Counted from the first letter of the stretch, positions 41,218 through 51,961 are shown. The stretch: DNA of 64,000 bases from Pseudomonadaceae bacterium (GCA_024236095.1 JACKLD010000012.1:214291-278290), one strand, 5' to 3'. Notes: generated from the sequence alone by a model not told the origin. Numbers and translations are program-made.

Positions 41218-41514
41218 GTGTCAAGCGCCATCAACCCCCAAGCCGCCGCACAGGCCAGCAACCTTCTCAAACACATGGCCCACAAGGGGCGCCTGCTGGT
41301 ACTATGCGCACTGGGCGATGCCGAACACACCGCCGGCGAACTCGCCGCCCTCACCGGCCTCACGCCTTCGGCGCTCTCACAACACCTCGCCCGCCTGCGC
41401 GAGGCAAACCTGGTCACCGCCCGCACCCGCCACCGCCATCGCGTCTATACACTGGCCTCTCCCCACATCCGCACGCTTATCAGCACCCTGAAAACCATCT
41501 ACTGCCCACGCTGA
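41218..41514 (+). CDS. ArsR/SmtB-family transcriptional regulator
   Basis: GRLLVLCALGDAEHTAGELAALTGLTPSALSQHLARLREANLV wHTH. GTG start. Divergent from the yeeE/yedE pair. Confidence 0.7.
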   Translation: MSSAINPQAAAQASNLLKHMAHKGRLLVLCALGDAEHTAGELAALTGLTPSALSQHLARLREANLVTARTRHRHRVYTLASPHIRTLISTLKTIYCPR

Positions 41515-41534
41515 CCCGCCCCCCACCGGGAGCG

Positions 41535-41936
41535 CTAAGAGCGCCCGCCACCACCCGACTGCATGTCCGCCGCCACCAAACGCAACGCCCGCCGCACTCC
41601 TTCATCCGTCAAATCGCGCTCCCGCGGCATCCCGATATACGGCCACGCATCGGGGGCATGCTTCTCCACCATACCCGCTCCCTTACATGCACACAGCGCA
41701 TTGGCGCGCCCCCACGCCCGCGCATAGACAAGCCGCGCCTCCAAAGCATCCAACCCGGTAAAGCCTCTTCCCATCTTATGAACCTCAAAGATATCCACCC
41801 GACTCGCCAGCACGTTCCGTGCCGCGTCAAACGCTCCGAAATCTCTCATCCACGCACGGTTCGCCCTCAGCCAGCCAACCTTCACTCCCTCCACACGGTC
41901 ACGCAGCCAAACCCCGATATCCATGCCATTTTCCAT
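41535..41936 (-). CDS. Hypothetical protein
   Basis: 133-aa ORF with no recognisable motif. Confidence 0.35.
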   Translation of the reverse strand: MENGMDIGVWLRDRVEGVKVGWLRANRAWMRDFGAFDAARNVLASRVDIFEVHKMGRGFTGLDALEARLVYARAWGRANALCACKGAGMVEKHAPDAWPYIGMPRERDLTDEGVRRALRLVAADMQSGGGGRS

Positions 41937-41986
41937 GCCCGGAAACCTACCCCCTTCCCCAGCCCTCTGTCAACTTGCCGGCACTT

Positions 41987-42457
41987 TTAAAACAGCACCG
42001 CCTTCATCACATCGCCGAACCCCCAGCCACTGTCTTGTTGCGCCACCGCGCCCACTTCCTCCACCCGAGAGGCCCGCGCCCGCGTTTGCGCAAAAGCGAT
42101 GTTCCCCATCCCGCTCACCAGACCCAACTCGTTCACCAGCACCGGCGTAAAATCTTCCTCGGTGGGCATGTTGCGGCATTGCGGGTGCCCGGTGCGGTAC
42201 AACTCGGCTTTCACCACCTCGCCGGTCCGCAGATGCAGCACCATCTCGCGTTCGGCCACCAGACCTTGCAGGCGGTCAGCCCCTTCACCCACCCGCACGC
42301 TCTGCAACATACCGTAATTCTCCTGCGCGGTACGCAAGGCGTCGGGTGGACAGGCCCCCACCCCGTTCATCGCGCGCATGGCAAGGCCGGTGGTGCAGCC
42401 ACTCACCAGCACCGCCACCAGCAGCACACACCACAGGGAACATGTCATCGGTTTCAT
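41987..42457 (-). CDS. Hypothetical lipoprotein
   Basis: MKPMTCSLWCVLLVAVLVSGC gives a signal peptide and lipobox. Confidence 0.5.
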   Translation of the reverse strand: MKPMTCSLWCVLLVAVLVSGCTTGLAMRAMNGVGACPPDALRTAQENYGMLQSVRVGEGADRLQGLVAEREMVLHLRTGEVVKAELYRTGHPQCRNMPTEEDFTPVLVNELGLVSGMGNIAFAQTRARASRVEEVGAVAQQDSGWGFGDVMKAVLF

Positions 42458-42605
42458 CTCAAGACAACACTACACCTCTCCCTGCCTGCTCCGCCCTATC
42501 CTCCACGCAACAGCAACGCCACCCAGCGACATCCCCGCCACACCTTGCCGCACATACATGGAAAATTATTTATATTTTACTTAAATTAAACGAAGTAAAT
42601 TAAAC

Positions 42606-43044
42606 TTACTGCGCAACACCATCCATCAAACTGTGCAACTCGTCCGTCTGCTTCACCACACCGCCCGCCGGTGCGGCCGGAGCCGCCACCGCCTTGCCGC
42701 CGGTGGTGCATGACAACAGGCGGATATCATACCGCGGATGCTCCAGCCCCGCCACCTCCGGATAGACGTTGAACATCCATCCGGCAAAGATGCCCTCGCC
42801 ATCCAGCGTACTCACATCCAGCCATGCCACGTCTTGCCCGGGCACGCCGTCCACCCCGCGCACGCACTTGCGCAGCACCACCTGCACCGGCAGGTTGCTT
42901 GAAAAACTGTTTTCCACCAGCGTCACGTCGCGCACGCGGTTGGTGTTCTTGTCCAAAAGCCTGATACGCGCCGCCCCGGTATCCGCCAATGCACCCCCGG
43001 CCACCAAAACAGCCAGCATCACCGCAAGCGCCCGCAACATCATG
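42606..43044 (-). CDS. Hypothetical secreted protein
   Basis: [20 protein letters not shown] signal peptide. Overlaps the MerR gene by 5 nt. Confidence 0.45.
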
Positions 43045-43483
43045 CGCCTTCTCCGGCCAACATGTCGCGGATACCCCGCAGCTCCTTCACAAACGGCCCC
43101 ATGCCGCAACCGGCCTGTTGCAGGTCTTTCTTCTTGGCCTTGGCAAGGTACGCTTGCACACCGCGCACCGCCATGCCTTGGTCATACAGCAAGGTCTGGA
43201 TAAGCCGCAGCAACGCCACGTCTTCGGCCTTGTAATAGCGCCGCCCGCCGCTTTTCTTCATCGGTTTCAGCTGCGGAAACTTGCTTTCCCAAAAGCGCAG
43301 CACATGGGTGGCCACACCAAGCTCGACCGCCACTTCGCTGATGGTGCGGTAGGCTCCGGCGCTTTTGCTTTCGCGCTTCACGTTGGGTGGCGCCACCTTG
43401 GTGCGCCCCCCCACCTTCAGGCCACCGTTCTCGGCGGTCGTGGCCGTGGGCACAAAGTCAAACAGGTCGTTCACCGCCGCCAT
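43040..43483 (-). CDS. MerR-family transcriptional regulator
   Basis: [25 protein letters not shown]. Conserved position downstream of ihfA. Confidence 0.7.
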   Translation of the reverse strand: MAAVNDLFDFVPTATTAENGGLKVGGRTKVAPPNVKRESKSAGAYRTISEVAVELGVATHVLRFWESKFPQLKPMKKSGGRRYYKAEDVALLRLIQTLLYDQGMAVRGVQAYLAKAKKKDLQQAGCGMGPFVKELRGIRDMLAGEGA

Positions 43484-43494
43484 GCCGAACAGCC

Positions 43495-43788
43495 TTACTT
43501 GCCGTTCATCTTGTCTTTCAGGTTGTGCGAGGCCTTGAACACCAGCACCTTGCGCGGGGTAATCGGCACTTCTTCGCCGGTCTTGGGGTTGCGGCCCATG
43601 CGCGCGCGTTTGCTGCGCACGGAAAAGGTGGCAAAGTTGGAAAGCTTCACCGTCTCTCCCCGGCCAACGGTCTTGATGATTTCCTCAAAGGTGGCATCCA
43701 CCACTTCGGCGGCCTCCTTGCGCGAGGTGCCCACCTCGCGGTACACGGCGTCGGCCAAATCCATGCGGGTCAGGGTTTTGCTGCTCAT
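43495..43788 (-). CDS. ihfA: Integration host factor subunit alpha
   Basis: [11 protein letters not shown]...[12 protein letters not shown]...VFKAS matches the IHF/HU fold. GGAGG lies 8 nt upstream of the ATG at 43788. Confidence 0.85.
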   Translation of the reverse strand: MSSKTLTRMDLADAVYREVGTSRKEAAEVVDATFEEIIKTVGRGETVKLSNFATFSVRSKRARMGRNPKTGEEVPITPRKVLVFKASHNLKDKMNGK

Positions 43789-43966
43789 TGAAGTATCCTC
43801 CATTCATTCAGACAATCTGCGGTTTTGGCAAGGGAAACCTCCCTCGCCGAGAGAGCCAACCACCCCCCTCTCAACATCCGGCAACCTACGCGTTCCCCCG
43901 CCCAAGGTCAAGAATGCAGAACACAATTTCCCTGCCAAAATCACACCTTGTAAGGTAACCACGCAC

Positions 43967-44959
43967 CTACCACCGTACAACCGCACTCCCCCAAGAGAGC
44001 CCCGCGCCAAACGCCTGCATCAACACGATGTCACCGCGCGCAATGCGCCCATCCGTCACCGCCGCATCCAGTGCCAGCGGAATGCTCGCCGCACTGGTGT
44101 TGGCGTGCTTGTCCACTGTCACCACCAGCTTGTCGGCCGCGACCCCCAAGGCATCGCGCGCCGCCTCCAAAATCCGCACATTGGCCTGATGCGGCACCAG
44201 CCAATCCACATCCCCAAGCGCCAACCCCGCTTGCGCCAACACCGGCGGCACCTGCCCCATCTGCCGCACCGCCTGCTTGAACACCTCGCGCCCCTGCATC
44301 ACCACCACGCCCGCCGTCTGGGTGGAAGACACCCCGCCGCTGCTCTTCAAACACCCCGCCTGCGTGCCGTCCATCCCCAGTTCCACCGCCAGCAGCCCCT
44401 GCGGTGCCGCATCACCCGTCAATCCCTTAACTCCGTCATCCGTACATCCCATCACCACCGCCCCGGCCCCGTCGCCAAACAGCACGCAAGTCCCCCGGTC
44501 GTTCCAGTCCACTACACGGCTGAAGGTCTCCGCCCCAATCACCAACGCATGCTTGCCCATGCCCTGCGCCAACAAGCCCTTGGCGGTGGCCAAGGCCATA
44601 ATGAACCCGCTGCACGCACCGTTCACGTCCAGCGCCGCACAGGTGGTCGGCGCCCCAATCGCGCCTTGCACCAACGCCGCCACACTGGGGAAACTCAAGT
44701 CCGGCGTACACGTCGCCACCACAATCACGCCAACATCTGCCGCCGCAATCCCCGCCCGTTCCAACGCCTGCACCGCCGCATCCCGCGCCAGCGTAAAGGT
44801 GCTTTCATCCTTTTCACAGATATACCGCTGCCTGATCCCCGTCCGCGAGACAATCCACGCATCGTTCGTCTCCACACCCCGCGCCACCAAATCGTCATTG
44901 CTCACACAGGTTCGCGGCAACGCCGCACCGGTAGAAAGAATCGGAAAGTTCATCGCCAT
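43967..44959 (-). CDS. fabH: 3-oxoacyl-ACP synthase III
   Basis: SRTGIRQR motif, the active-site Cys in NGACSGFIMALATA, and the C-terminal HQAN and GAG motifs. Confidence 0.9.
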   Translation of the reverse strand: MAMNFPILSTGAALPRTCVSNDDLVARGVETNDAWIVSRTGIRQRYICEKDESTFTLARDAAVQALERAGIAAADVGVIVVATCTPDLSFPSVAALVQGAIGAPTTCAALDVNGACSGFIMALATAKGLLAQGMGKHALVIGAETFSRVVDWNDRGTCVLFGDGAGAVVMGCTDDGVKGLTGDAAPQGLLAVELGMDGTQAGCLKSSGGVSSTQTAGVVVMQGREVFKQAVRQMGQVPPVLAQAGLALGDVDWLVPHQANVRILEAARDALGVAADKLVVTVDKHANTSAASIPLALDAAVTDGRIARGDIVLMQAFGAGLSWGSAVVRW

Positions 44960-45059
44960 CCCCTCCTTCTCGCACAGCCCGACCAAATTGTCATCCTTGC
45001 GAAAGCATGGGTCTTGATCAAACGACCAAATTGTTTGTACGGCAAGAGGGGGGGGTAAG

Positions 45060-45250
45060 GGGGGGACGAAGCCCCCCTTGCGCCGAAGGCGTCATTCCAG
45101 CCCCGCCAAGCCGAAGCAACGGCAACTGACGGACAGCTGGAACCCAATGCCCAACGCAAACGTTCCCGTACAAAAACAACCATAGAAAAAATCCCTGCTT
45201 TCGCAGGGATGACAAACCTCGCTTTCGTCATTGCGGGCCACAAGGCCAAG
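45060..45250. repeat. Composite NIME-like repeat (G-run, GTCATTCCAGCCCCGCC... core, ATCCCTGCTTTCGCAGGGATGAC inverted repeat)
   Basis: Related to 7808-7940. Contains a dRS3-like palindrome. Confidence 0.6.
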
Positions 45251-45264
45251 CAATCTCCCGAAGT

Positions 45265-45474
45265 TTACTCGGCAGCTTCAACCACCGCTTTCGCAGCCTT
45301 CACCTGCACACCCTTGTACCACAGGCTGCCGTCTTGCTCCTTCACCACATGGTGACGCAGGCCCAACGTGCCGGTCTTGGGGTTGGCGGCAATCGTGCCG
45401 GTTTGCGCTTCAGCCTGACGTTGCTGACGCATGCCTTTGCGGCTGGGACTGGTTTTCTTCTTAGGTACGGCCAT
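45265..45474 (-). CDS. rpmF: 50S ribosomal protein L32
   Basis: MAVPKKKTSPSRKGMRQ...LRHHV. Confidence 0.85.
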   Translation of the reverse strand: MAVPKKKTSPSRKGMRQQRQAEAQTGTIAANPKTGTLGLRHHVVKEQDGSLWYKGVQVKAAKAVVEAAE

Positions 45475-45639
45475 GGTCGGCTCCTTCCTTCAAAAATCTG
45501 GTTAACAGGGCGCCTCTTACCCCAACTTGCCCCCCCGCGCAAGACTTATTTCATCAATTCTCCCTCTCCCCGCAATACCACGACACCCCATTGTCACGCC
45601 TTGCTCCCCTGTCATATAGCCCCACATCAAGTCCGGGGG

Positions 45640-45878
45640 AAACTCCGGCCATATCCATTACCAATCTACCAAATCAGGCCGCAGGCCTTCCATCACGGGC
45701 GCCAGCCCGTCATGCCCGCGCAGGCGGGTACCCACGTTACACGTCACGCCAAAGGCGTTCCATCTTTCGAACATACCAACATCGAACACTCGAACATCGA
45801 CATCCCCACCCACGCCACAGGCATTCCACCTGCCAACATCCCTTTACTAACATCCAACATCCTCTTACACTCCGCCCC
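45640..45878. repeat. Composite repeat with a GCCCGCGCAGGCGGG palindrome and a CGAACAT heptamer tract
   Basis: Shares ...CAGGCCGCAGGCCTTCCAT...TTCGAACATACCAACATCGAACACTCGAACATCGACA...TTACTAACATCCAACATC with 48355-48545 and 58200-58320. Ends at the ATG of the BamE-like gene. Confidence 0.6.
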
Positions 45879-46301
45879 ATGAAACACCTCATCCTCGCCC
45901 TCACCCTTGCCGTGGCCGCCACGGCCTGTACCGAAACCGTCTCCACCCACGGCCAAATCATCCTGCCCAGCCGCCTCGCGCAGGTGCAGCCGGGGGTCTC
46001 CACCAAGTCCGACGTGCAATACCTGCTGGGCAGCCCCAGCACCACCGGCACCTTCAACGACAACCGCTGGTACTACCTTACCAGCACCTTGGTTAGCGAA
46101 CCTCTGTCTCCCAACCAACTCAAGGCCCGTAAAGTCATCGCGATCGACTTCGACCCCTCCGGCACCGTCGCCGGCGTGCAAACGCTGGATGAAACCGCCG
46201 GCAAACCGGTCACGCCGGATACGGCGGAAACCGCCACCCACGGCCAAAGCCTCGGCGTGCTCGACTCCATGATGCAAAACGTCGGCATGGGCGGCTTTTA
46301 A
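45879..46301 (+). CDS. Outer-membrane lipoprotein, BamE/SmpA/OmlA-like
   Basis: MKHLILALTLAVAATAC lipobox. The SRLAQVQPGVSTKSDVQYLLGSPS...NRWYY region is SmpA_OmlA-like. Confidence 0.6.
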   Translation: MKHLILALTLAVAATACTETVSTHGQIILPSRLAQVQPGVSTKSDVQYLLGSPSTTGTFNDNRWYYLTSTLVSEPLSPNQLKARKVIAIDFDPSGTVAGVQTLDETAGKPVTPDTAETATHGQSLGVLDSMMQNVGMGGF

Positions 46302-46392
46302 CCCGCCTCCCCTGGCATGCGCCCTAACAATCTACAGCCCGCAGGGCCGTCATTCCGACACAGGCTGGAACCCAGGGCGAAACCCGTGTAGC

Positions 46393-47010
46393 ATGACCGA
46401 CATGACGCGCTTCCCAAACCCTCCCAACCACGCCCAATCCGGCGCCCTCTTCGGGCTGGATGCCCGCCTCGCCCTCGCCATCTTCGCCATCCTCACCGTC
46501 ATGGCGGGCTACGTGGCCTATGGCCGCATCGGGCTGGCCAAAACCGCCGCCCTCGTCAGCGAGCTGCAAAGCATCAACCAAGCCCTCGCCGCCTACCAAA
46601 CCGATATGGGTACCTTCTACCTCTTCACGCTGGATAAGGCTCCGGACGACACCGGCGCCACCGATCTCGAGGCCCTGTGGGACAAATCCAAACTGCTCCC
46701 CGGCTTCCAACACCTCTGGAACGGCCCCTACCTCCACCGCGAAACCCGCCAGCACCCCTACTTTGGCCGCTTCACCATCTTTTACGGCCAGTCCGACCGC
46801 CAAACCACCTGCACCATCGATAGCGACTGCTACGTCTGGCTGGCACTCACAAAAGTACCCGCCAACGTCTGGGACGACATCAACAAGGCACTTGACGAAG
46901 ACGGCGGCAAGCAGCCCGAGCCCGCCGACGCCCGCACCACCTCGGGCCTTATCCAAGCCGATGCCGCCACCGACCCCCGCACCCTCATCTACCGCACCGT
47001 CTCACGTTAA
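46393..47010 (+). CDS. Hypothetical membrane-anchored protein, paralog A
   Basis: 205 aa. Its N-terminus (QSGALFGLDARLALAIFAILTVMAGY) is conserved with the gene at 47137. Confidence 0.5.
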   Translation: MTDMTRFPNPPNHAQSGALFGLDARLALAIFAILTVMAGYVAYGRIGLAKTAALVSELQSINQALAAYQTDMGTFYLFTLDKAPDDTGATDLEALWDKSKLLPGFQHLWNGPYLHRETRQHPYFGRFTIFYGQSDRQTTCTIDSDCYVWLALTKVPANVWDDINKALDEDGGKQPEPADARTTSGLIQADAATDPRTLIYRTVSR

Positions 47011-47032
47011 CCGTACAATAAAGACAGCGTCT

Positions 47033-47100
47033 CTCCCGCGAGCCGGAGCGTAGCGGAGACCAACGCAACGCCTAACGCGGGAATCCGGAAAATTTGAACC
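47033..47100. repeat. dRS3-like inverted-repeat element (same family as 12060-12128, opposite orientation)
   Basis: TCTCCCGCGAGCCGGAGCGTAGCGGAGACCAACGCAACGCCTAACGCGGGAATCCGG. Confidence 0.6.
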
Positions 47101-47136
47101 AACGCCCCATAGCTTCTGGCCTCTCCAGCAAAACCC

Positions 47137-47754
47137 ATGTACCATCTCCTTATGAACACATCCTTTTCCCAGCACTCCGAAAGCGGCGCCCTTTTCGGAC
47201 TCGATGCCCGCATCGCCCTCGCCATCTTCGGCGTCCTCTCGCTCGTCTCGGGCGCAGCCCTGCTGGCGGGGCTCGACAGCTCCCGGGCCAAGTCGCTGGC
47301 CACCGAACTCTCCGACCTCGGCAAAGGCATCGAAGCTTTGCAGTACGACTTGCGTGACGATATTTTCACCGTTGCCACCGTCCCCAACGGTACCGAAGCC
47401 TTCCGCACCCTGTTCGATAAAGAAGCCGTCGCCGAAACCGGCACATGGCGCGGCCGCTGGCTGGGCCCGTACATTACCTTCACCGGCACCCAACACCCCC
47501 GCTACGGCGCCATGTCTCTGGAAAAACACCCCGCCGTCCACAGCCAATCCTGCGGCGGCGACGACACCTGCTACCAGTGGGTGGTCTACGGCAATGTCAA
47601 ACCGTCCATCAGCGCCGAGGTCAACACCATCATCGACGGCCCGCACGAAACCACGCCGGAAAACCAGGGCCGCCTGCAATGGGACGACGGCGGCGACGAC
47701 ACCGGCATCCTTTACTACCGCGCCGCCAAAGCGCTCACCACAGAAGAACGTTGA
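47137..47754 (+). CDS. Hypothetical membrane-anchored protein, paralog B
   Basis: 205 aa starting ESGALFGLDARIALAIFGVLSLVSGAAL. It shares the W..GPY...T..HP.YG...L...D..CY.W core with paralog A. Confidence 0.5.
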   Translation: MYHLLMNTSFSQHSESGALFGLDARIALAIFGVLSLVSGAALLAGLDSSRAKSLATELSDLGKGIEALQYDLRDDIFTVATVPNGTEAFRTLFDKEAVAETGTWRGRWLGPYITFTGTQHPRYGAMSLEKHPAVHSQSCGGDDTCYQWVVYGNVKPSISAEVNTIIDGPHETTPENQGRLQWDDGGDDTGILYYRAAKALTTEER

Positions 47755-47786
47755 CAACCCCGCCCTAATTGTATACCAACAGCGCC

Positions 47787-48350
47787 ATGAACCTGAAACT
47801 CCGCTCCTTCGCCATTTCCCTCACCGCGATGACCGCGCTGATCCCCAACCTCGGCGCCGACACCGCCCCGCGCCTTGATGCCACCCTGCTGGCCAAGGGC
47901 CTTGCCCAGCTTGAAGATCACCTCCCCCAACTCCCCGATGTTGACATCGGCACCCCGACCATTGAAGACACTGGCGCCGCCACCCAAAGAGACCTGCAAC
48001 AAACAGCCAAGCTAGAATTCCCCACCCCCGTCATTACCAACCTTACCCCGTCCAACACATGTCCGGCACTCACCACCGCCCTCAATCACATCAACATAGC
48101 CTATGCCCAAGCCCAAGAATTCCGGGCCAACCGCGCCATGGAAATGCAGCAAATCCGTACCACGACTTTCAACCAAGACCTCCCCAAGCCTCTGCTTGGT
48201 TACATCTCCGCCGCCATCCGTAACCGCATCGTTTTCGATCCCGACCTCCCCGCCATTAACAAAGGCCTTCACGACTACTTCACAGAACTGGCCCGCAATG
48301 CCCGCACCGCCGCCAATGACTGCCTCATCCGCGACGGCAAAATGATGTAG
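47787..48350 (+). CDS. Hypothetical secreted protein
   Basis: MNLKLRSFAISLTAMTALIPNLGA signal peptide, 187 aa. Confidence 0.5.
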   Translation: MNLKLRSFAISLTAMTALIPNLGADTAPRLDATLLAKGLAQLEDHLPQLPDVDIGTPTIEDTGAATQRDLQQTAKLEFPTPVITNLTPSNTCPALTTALNHINIAYAQAQEFRANRAMEMQQIRTTTFNQDLPKPLLGYISAAIRNRIVFDPDLPAINKGLHDYFTELARNARTAANDCLIRDGKMM

Positions 48351-48354
48351 CCCC

Positions 48355-48545
48355 ACGGCCCGCAGGGCCGTCATCCCCGCGTAGGCGGAGACCCACGTTA
48401 CAAATCAGGCTGAAAACCTTCCACTGTCATCCGGTTGAAGAACGGGATCCACGACCAACCTACAAACCACGCCGCAGGCGTTCCATCTTTCGAACATTCG
48501 AACATACCAACATCGACCACTCGAACATCGACACACGCCCCCACG
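48355..48545. repeat. Composite repeat with GTCATCCCCGCGTAGGCGGAG and a CGAACAT heptamer tract
   Basis: Member of the same family as 45640-45878 and 58200-58320. Lies between two convergent genes. Confidence 0.6.
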
Positions 48546-48561
48546 GCCAAAGGCCGTTCCA

Positions 48562-49068
48562 CTACACTCCCCGAATCTTCCCCGCCACCCTATCCAGCAC
48601 CACATGCACAAAGCCCACCTCGGCGGGCTTGCTGGCAAAACCCTTGGCAATGTTCAGAAACTCATTCACCACCACCTTCACCGGCAGATCGGGGCGCACC
48701 GAAAGCTCGGCACAGGCCGCCCACAACAACGCGTACAACACGGGGTCCAGCCGCTCCAGCGGCCATTCGTCCAGCATGTGCGCGCCAATCAATTCCCGAT
48801 ACCGCACCGCCCCCTCGCCTGCTTCCGCCACAATCTCGGCAAACAGCGCGGCATCGGCCTTGCGGGCTTTCACGTCGGCCAAAAATTCCGCCGCCACCTC
48901 ATCTACCGGCTCGTTCATCTTGCGCGCGGCAAACAACACCTGCACCGCACACACCCGTGCTTCGGTGCGGCGGTCGCCGCTCAGGCTGGCCTCGGTGGCC
49001 GGAAACGCGTCATCGCCTTTTTCCCAATCGGTTTCAGGCAGGGGGATATCAAACAGGTTCGTGCTCAT
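48562..49068 (-). CDS. nusB: Transcription antitermination factor NusB
   Basis: RRTEARVCAVQVLF...ALLWAACAEL...VVNEFLNIAKGF NusB fold with an N-terminal extension of about 30 aa. Confidence 0.85.
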   Translation of the reverse strand: MSTNLFDIPLPETDWEKGDDAFPATEASLSGDRRTEARVCAVQVLFAARKMNEPVDEVAAEFLADVKARKADAALFAEIVAEAGEGAVRYRELIGAHMLDEWPLERLDPVLYALLWAACAELSVRPDLPVKVVVNEFLNIAKGFASKPAEVGFVHVVLDRVAGKIRGV

Positions 49069-49086
49069 ACGCGCATAAGCCCCAAC

Positions 49087-49533
49087 TCAGCGGGCCTTGT
49101 CAATAAGACGCAGGAAGTCTTCCGGATTATTGAACTCATTATACACCGAGGCGTAACGGATAAACCCGATAAAATCGACCTTCTGCAAATGTTCCAGCAC
49201 CGCCTGTCCCACCTCGCGGCTGCCCACCTCGCTTTTGCCGTGCTCGGTCAATTGCTGCTCAATCTCGTTCACCATGCGGGCAATTTCGGTCTGCGGCACG
49301 GGGCGCTTCCTGAGCGCGGTCAACAGGCTCTTGGTCAACTTGTCGCGGTCAAACAACTCCCGCCGCCCATCACGCTTGGTCACCACCACTTGCTGCACCT
49401 GGAACTTCTCAAACGTGGTAAACCGCCGCCCGCAGCTCTCGCACTCACGGCGCCGCCGGATGGTCTTGCCATCGTCGCTGGGACGACTGTCCTTCACCTG
49501 CGTATCGTCGTGGCCACAAAACGGACATTTCAT
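49087..49533 (-). CDS. nrdR: Transcriptional repressor NrdR
   Basis: MKCPFCG...CESCGRRFTTFE zinc ribbon plus an ATP-cone. Confidence 0.9.
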   Translation of the reverse strand: MKCPFCGHDDTQVKDSRPSDDGKTIRRRRECESCGRRFTTFEKFQVQQVVVTKRDGRRELFDRDKLTKSLLTALRKRPVPQTEIARMVNEIEQQLTEHGKSEVGSREVGQAVLEHLQKVDFIGFIRYASVYNEFNNPEDFLRLIDKAR

Positions 49534-49683
49534 GGCGTCACTTTGCCTACAACCCCAACATCTTGTCCATACGGCCACCCCATACCCCCAAGCCCCCTGC
49601 GGCAACTTGCCCACACCCCACCCGGCCGATTTGCCTTACCGCTTTTGTTGCCCTATACTCCCCCCGCAAAGGAGACCCTTTGC

Positions 49684-50082
49684 ATGCCCCGCACCATCAA
49701 AAACGCCCTTCTCGCCACCGGCTGCGCCTTCGCCCTCGCGTCCTGTGCCGACTCTCAAACCGCCGAAGCCCCCACCACCCCGCAACAGGCCTGCCAGACC
49801 ATCCACCAGCAGTTTACCCACAATATCAAGCGCATCAAGGCATTGCTGGAGAGAACGACCGCCCTCGACCAAAAGGCCCAGGCCCCGTCGCAAAATGCCT
49901 TCCCCTCCGAGCAAGACATCAAAGACTACCTCATTGCGGTCAACGCCACGGGCTCCAACATGCACCACGGCAACCCGACAACCCGCGATGCCTTCGCTGA
50001 AGATATCAAGCTTTGCTTCAGCCAGCCGCAACCGGCAGAAACCCCGTCGGCCACCACCCTCTCGCAAGCCACAACACGCTAG
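49684..50082 (+). CDS. Hypothetical lipoprotein
   Basis: [21 protein letters not shown] lipobox, 132 aa. Confidence 0.5.
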   Translation: MPRTIKNALLATGCAFALASCADSQTAEAPTTPQQACQTIHQQFTHNIKRIKALLERTTALDQKAQAPSQNAFPSEQDIKDYLIAVNATGSNMHHGNPTTRDAFAEDIKLCFSQPQPAETPSATTLSQATTR

Positions 50083-51371
50083 GCCGCCTGCGCCACTCCT
50101 GTCGTCATCCCCTCATAAATCGGGAACGCCGCGCACAACGCCGCCACCCTGGCTTTTACCTTGGGCGCGGTAACGTCCAGCGTGCCAGCCGCCATCGCCT
50201 GCACCATCTCGGCAATCAGGGCGCCAATCTCGGCAAACTCCACCTCGCCAAAACCACGGGTGGTGCCCGCAGGCGTCCCCAACCGGATGCCACTGGTGTT
50301 CACCGGGCTTTCGGTATCATAGGGCACCATGTTCTTGTTGCAGGTCAAGCCCACTTCGTCCAGCGCGTGCTCCACCGCCTTGCCGGTCAACTTGAGCGGA
50401 CGCAAATCCACCAAGCACAAATGGTTGTCGGTGCCACCGCTCACCACGCGCACGCCACCATCCTGCAACGCTTTCACCAGCGCCACGCAGTTGGTCTTTA
50501 CCTGCTTGATGTACTGCTTGTACTGCGGCTGAAGTGCCTCGCCAAACGCCACCGCCTTGCCCGCAATCACGTGCATCAGCGGCCCACCTTGGAATCCCGG
50601 GAACACCGCACTGTTCAACTTTTTCGCCAACGCTTCATCGTTGGTCAAAATCATCCCGCCGCGCGGCCCGCGCAAGGTTTTGTGGGTCGTCGTCGTCACC
50701 ACGTCGGCGTGGGGGAACGGGCTGACATGCTCACCCGCCGCCACCAATCCGGCAATGTGGGCAATGTCGGCCATGAACTTGGCACCTACCCCATGGGCAA
50801 TCGCCGCCATCCGTTCAAAATCAATCTCGCGCGGGTAGGCACTGGCCCCCGCGGTCACCAATGCGGGCTTCACCTCGTTGGCCACCCGCTCCAATTCGTC
50901 ATAGTCAATCGTCTCGCTGTCTTGGCGCACGCCGTAAAAGTGCGGTTCAAACCACTTGCCGCTCATGTTGGCGGTGTGGCCGTGGGTCAGGTGCCCACCT
51001 TGGTCCAAACGCAAACCCAAAATCTTGTCCCCCGGGTTCAACAGCGCAAAAAACACCGCTTGGTTGGCTTGGCTGCCGCTGTGCGGCTGAACGTTGGCAA
51101 ACTTGCAGCCGAACAATTGGCACGCCCGTTGCCGCGCCAATTCCTCCACCGCATCGGCGGGCGCACAGCCACCGTAATAGCGCTTGCCGGGGTAACCTTC
51201 GGCGTACTTGTTGGTCAGCACGCTGCCCTGTGCTTCAAGTACCGCCTTGCTGACGATATTCTCGCTGGCAATCAGCTCAATGCTGTCGCGCTCACGCTGC
51301 AACTCGGCAGCAATCGCCTGCGCCACGCTCTCGTCTTTGGCCACGCCCTGCGTAAAAAATGTACTTGCCAT
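50079..51371 (-). CDS. glyA: Serine hydroxymethyltransferase
   Basis: [39 protein letters not shown] and the PLP-lysine region [14 protein letters not shown]. Confidence 0.95.
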   Translation of the reverse strand: MASTFFTQGVAKDESVAQAIAAELQRERDSIELIASENIVSKAVLEAQGSVLTNKYAEGYPGKRYYGGCAPADAVEELARQRACQLFGCKFANVQPHSGSQANQAVFFALLNPGDKILGLRLDQGGHLTHGHTANMSGKWFEPHFYGVRQDSETIDYDELERVANEVKPALVTAGASAYPREIDFERMAAIAHGVGAKFMADIAHIAGLVAAGEHVSPFPHADVVTTTTHKTLRGPRGGMILTNDEALAKKLNSAVFPGFQGGPLMHVIAGKAVAFGEALQPQYKQYIKQVKTNCVALVKALQDGGVRVVSGGTDNHLCLVDLRPLKLTGKAVEHALDEVGLTCNKNMVPYDTESPVNTSGIRLGTPAGTTRGFGEVEFAEIGALIAEMVQAMAAGTLDVTAPKVKARVAALCAAFPIYEGMTTGVAQAA

Positions 51372-51447
51372 GCCCTGTTCCTCCTCTTGATACGCAAAGA
51401 ACCTACCACAGCCACCATCAAAGGGCAGGCCCCTGCCCGTCTTCATA

Positions 51448-51900
51448 TCACTCAGGACGCACCGGCACCCGCGCCAACCTCTCCAAGCGCTTCACCCTCC
51501 GTTCCAATGGCACAAATCCGGTTTCCAAAAACACCCTTACCAGCCGCTCCATCTTGTCGTTGGAAAGGTAATGGCTCGGCAGCGTCAACACGTTGACGTC
51601 ACTGGCCTCACGGTCGTGCTTCAATACATCTTCATCAAATCCCACCACGGCACGCAACCCGTCAAACCTGTTGGCCCTTACAACCGGAAGCCCGCCGCTC
51701 ATGCACAGCAAAATCGCCCGTTCGGCCTCTCCCGCAATCACCGCCCCGCACGCCGCATCCACATAGTCAACCAACCCATCGTCCGGCAGCAGGGAAAACG
51801 TTCCTTTGTCCAGCACCTCATGCCCCTGGGCCTGCAACACCTGCATCAGCCACATCTTGGCCGGATATCCATAATGATCGCACGCAAAAGCAATTTTCAC
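51448..51900 (-). CDS. rpiB: Ribose-5-phosphate isomerase B (RpiB/LacA family)
   Basis: [12 protein letters not shown]...[13 protein letters not shown] start. Confidence 0.85.
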   Translation of the reverse strand: MKIAFACDHYGYPAKMWLMQVLQAQGHEVLDKGTFSLLPDDGLVDYVDAACGAVIAGEAERAILLCMSGGLPVVRANRFDGLRAVVGFDEDVLKHDREASDVNVLTLPSHYLSNDKMERLVRVFLETGFVPLERRVKRLERLARVPVRPE

Positions 51901-51961
51901 CGCCCAACCTTAACCAAAGCCACGCAACCTGACCAGTCCCCGGGCAAATTCGGGAAGGGCT

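Noticed and set aside
42989-45058. 689-aa plus-strand ORF
   Set aside because: It is antisense to ihfA and fabH.
48604-51596. Plus-strand ORFs of 492 and 527 aa
   Set aside because: They are antisense to nusB/nrdR and glyA.
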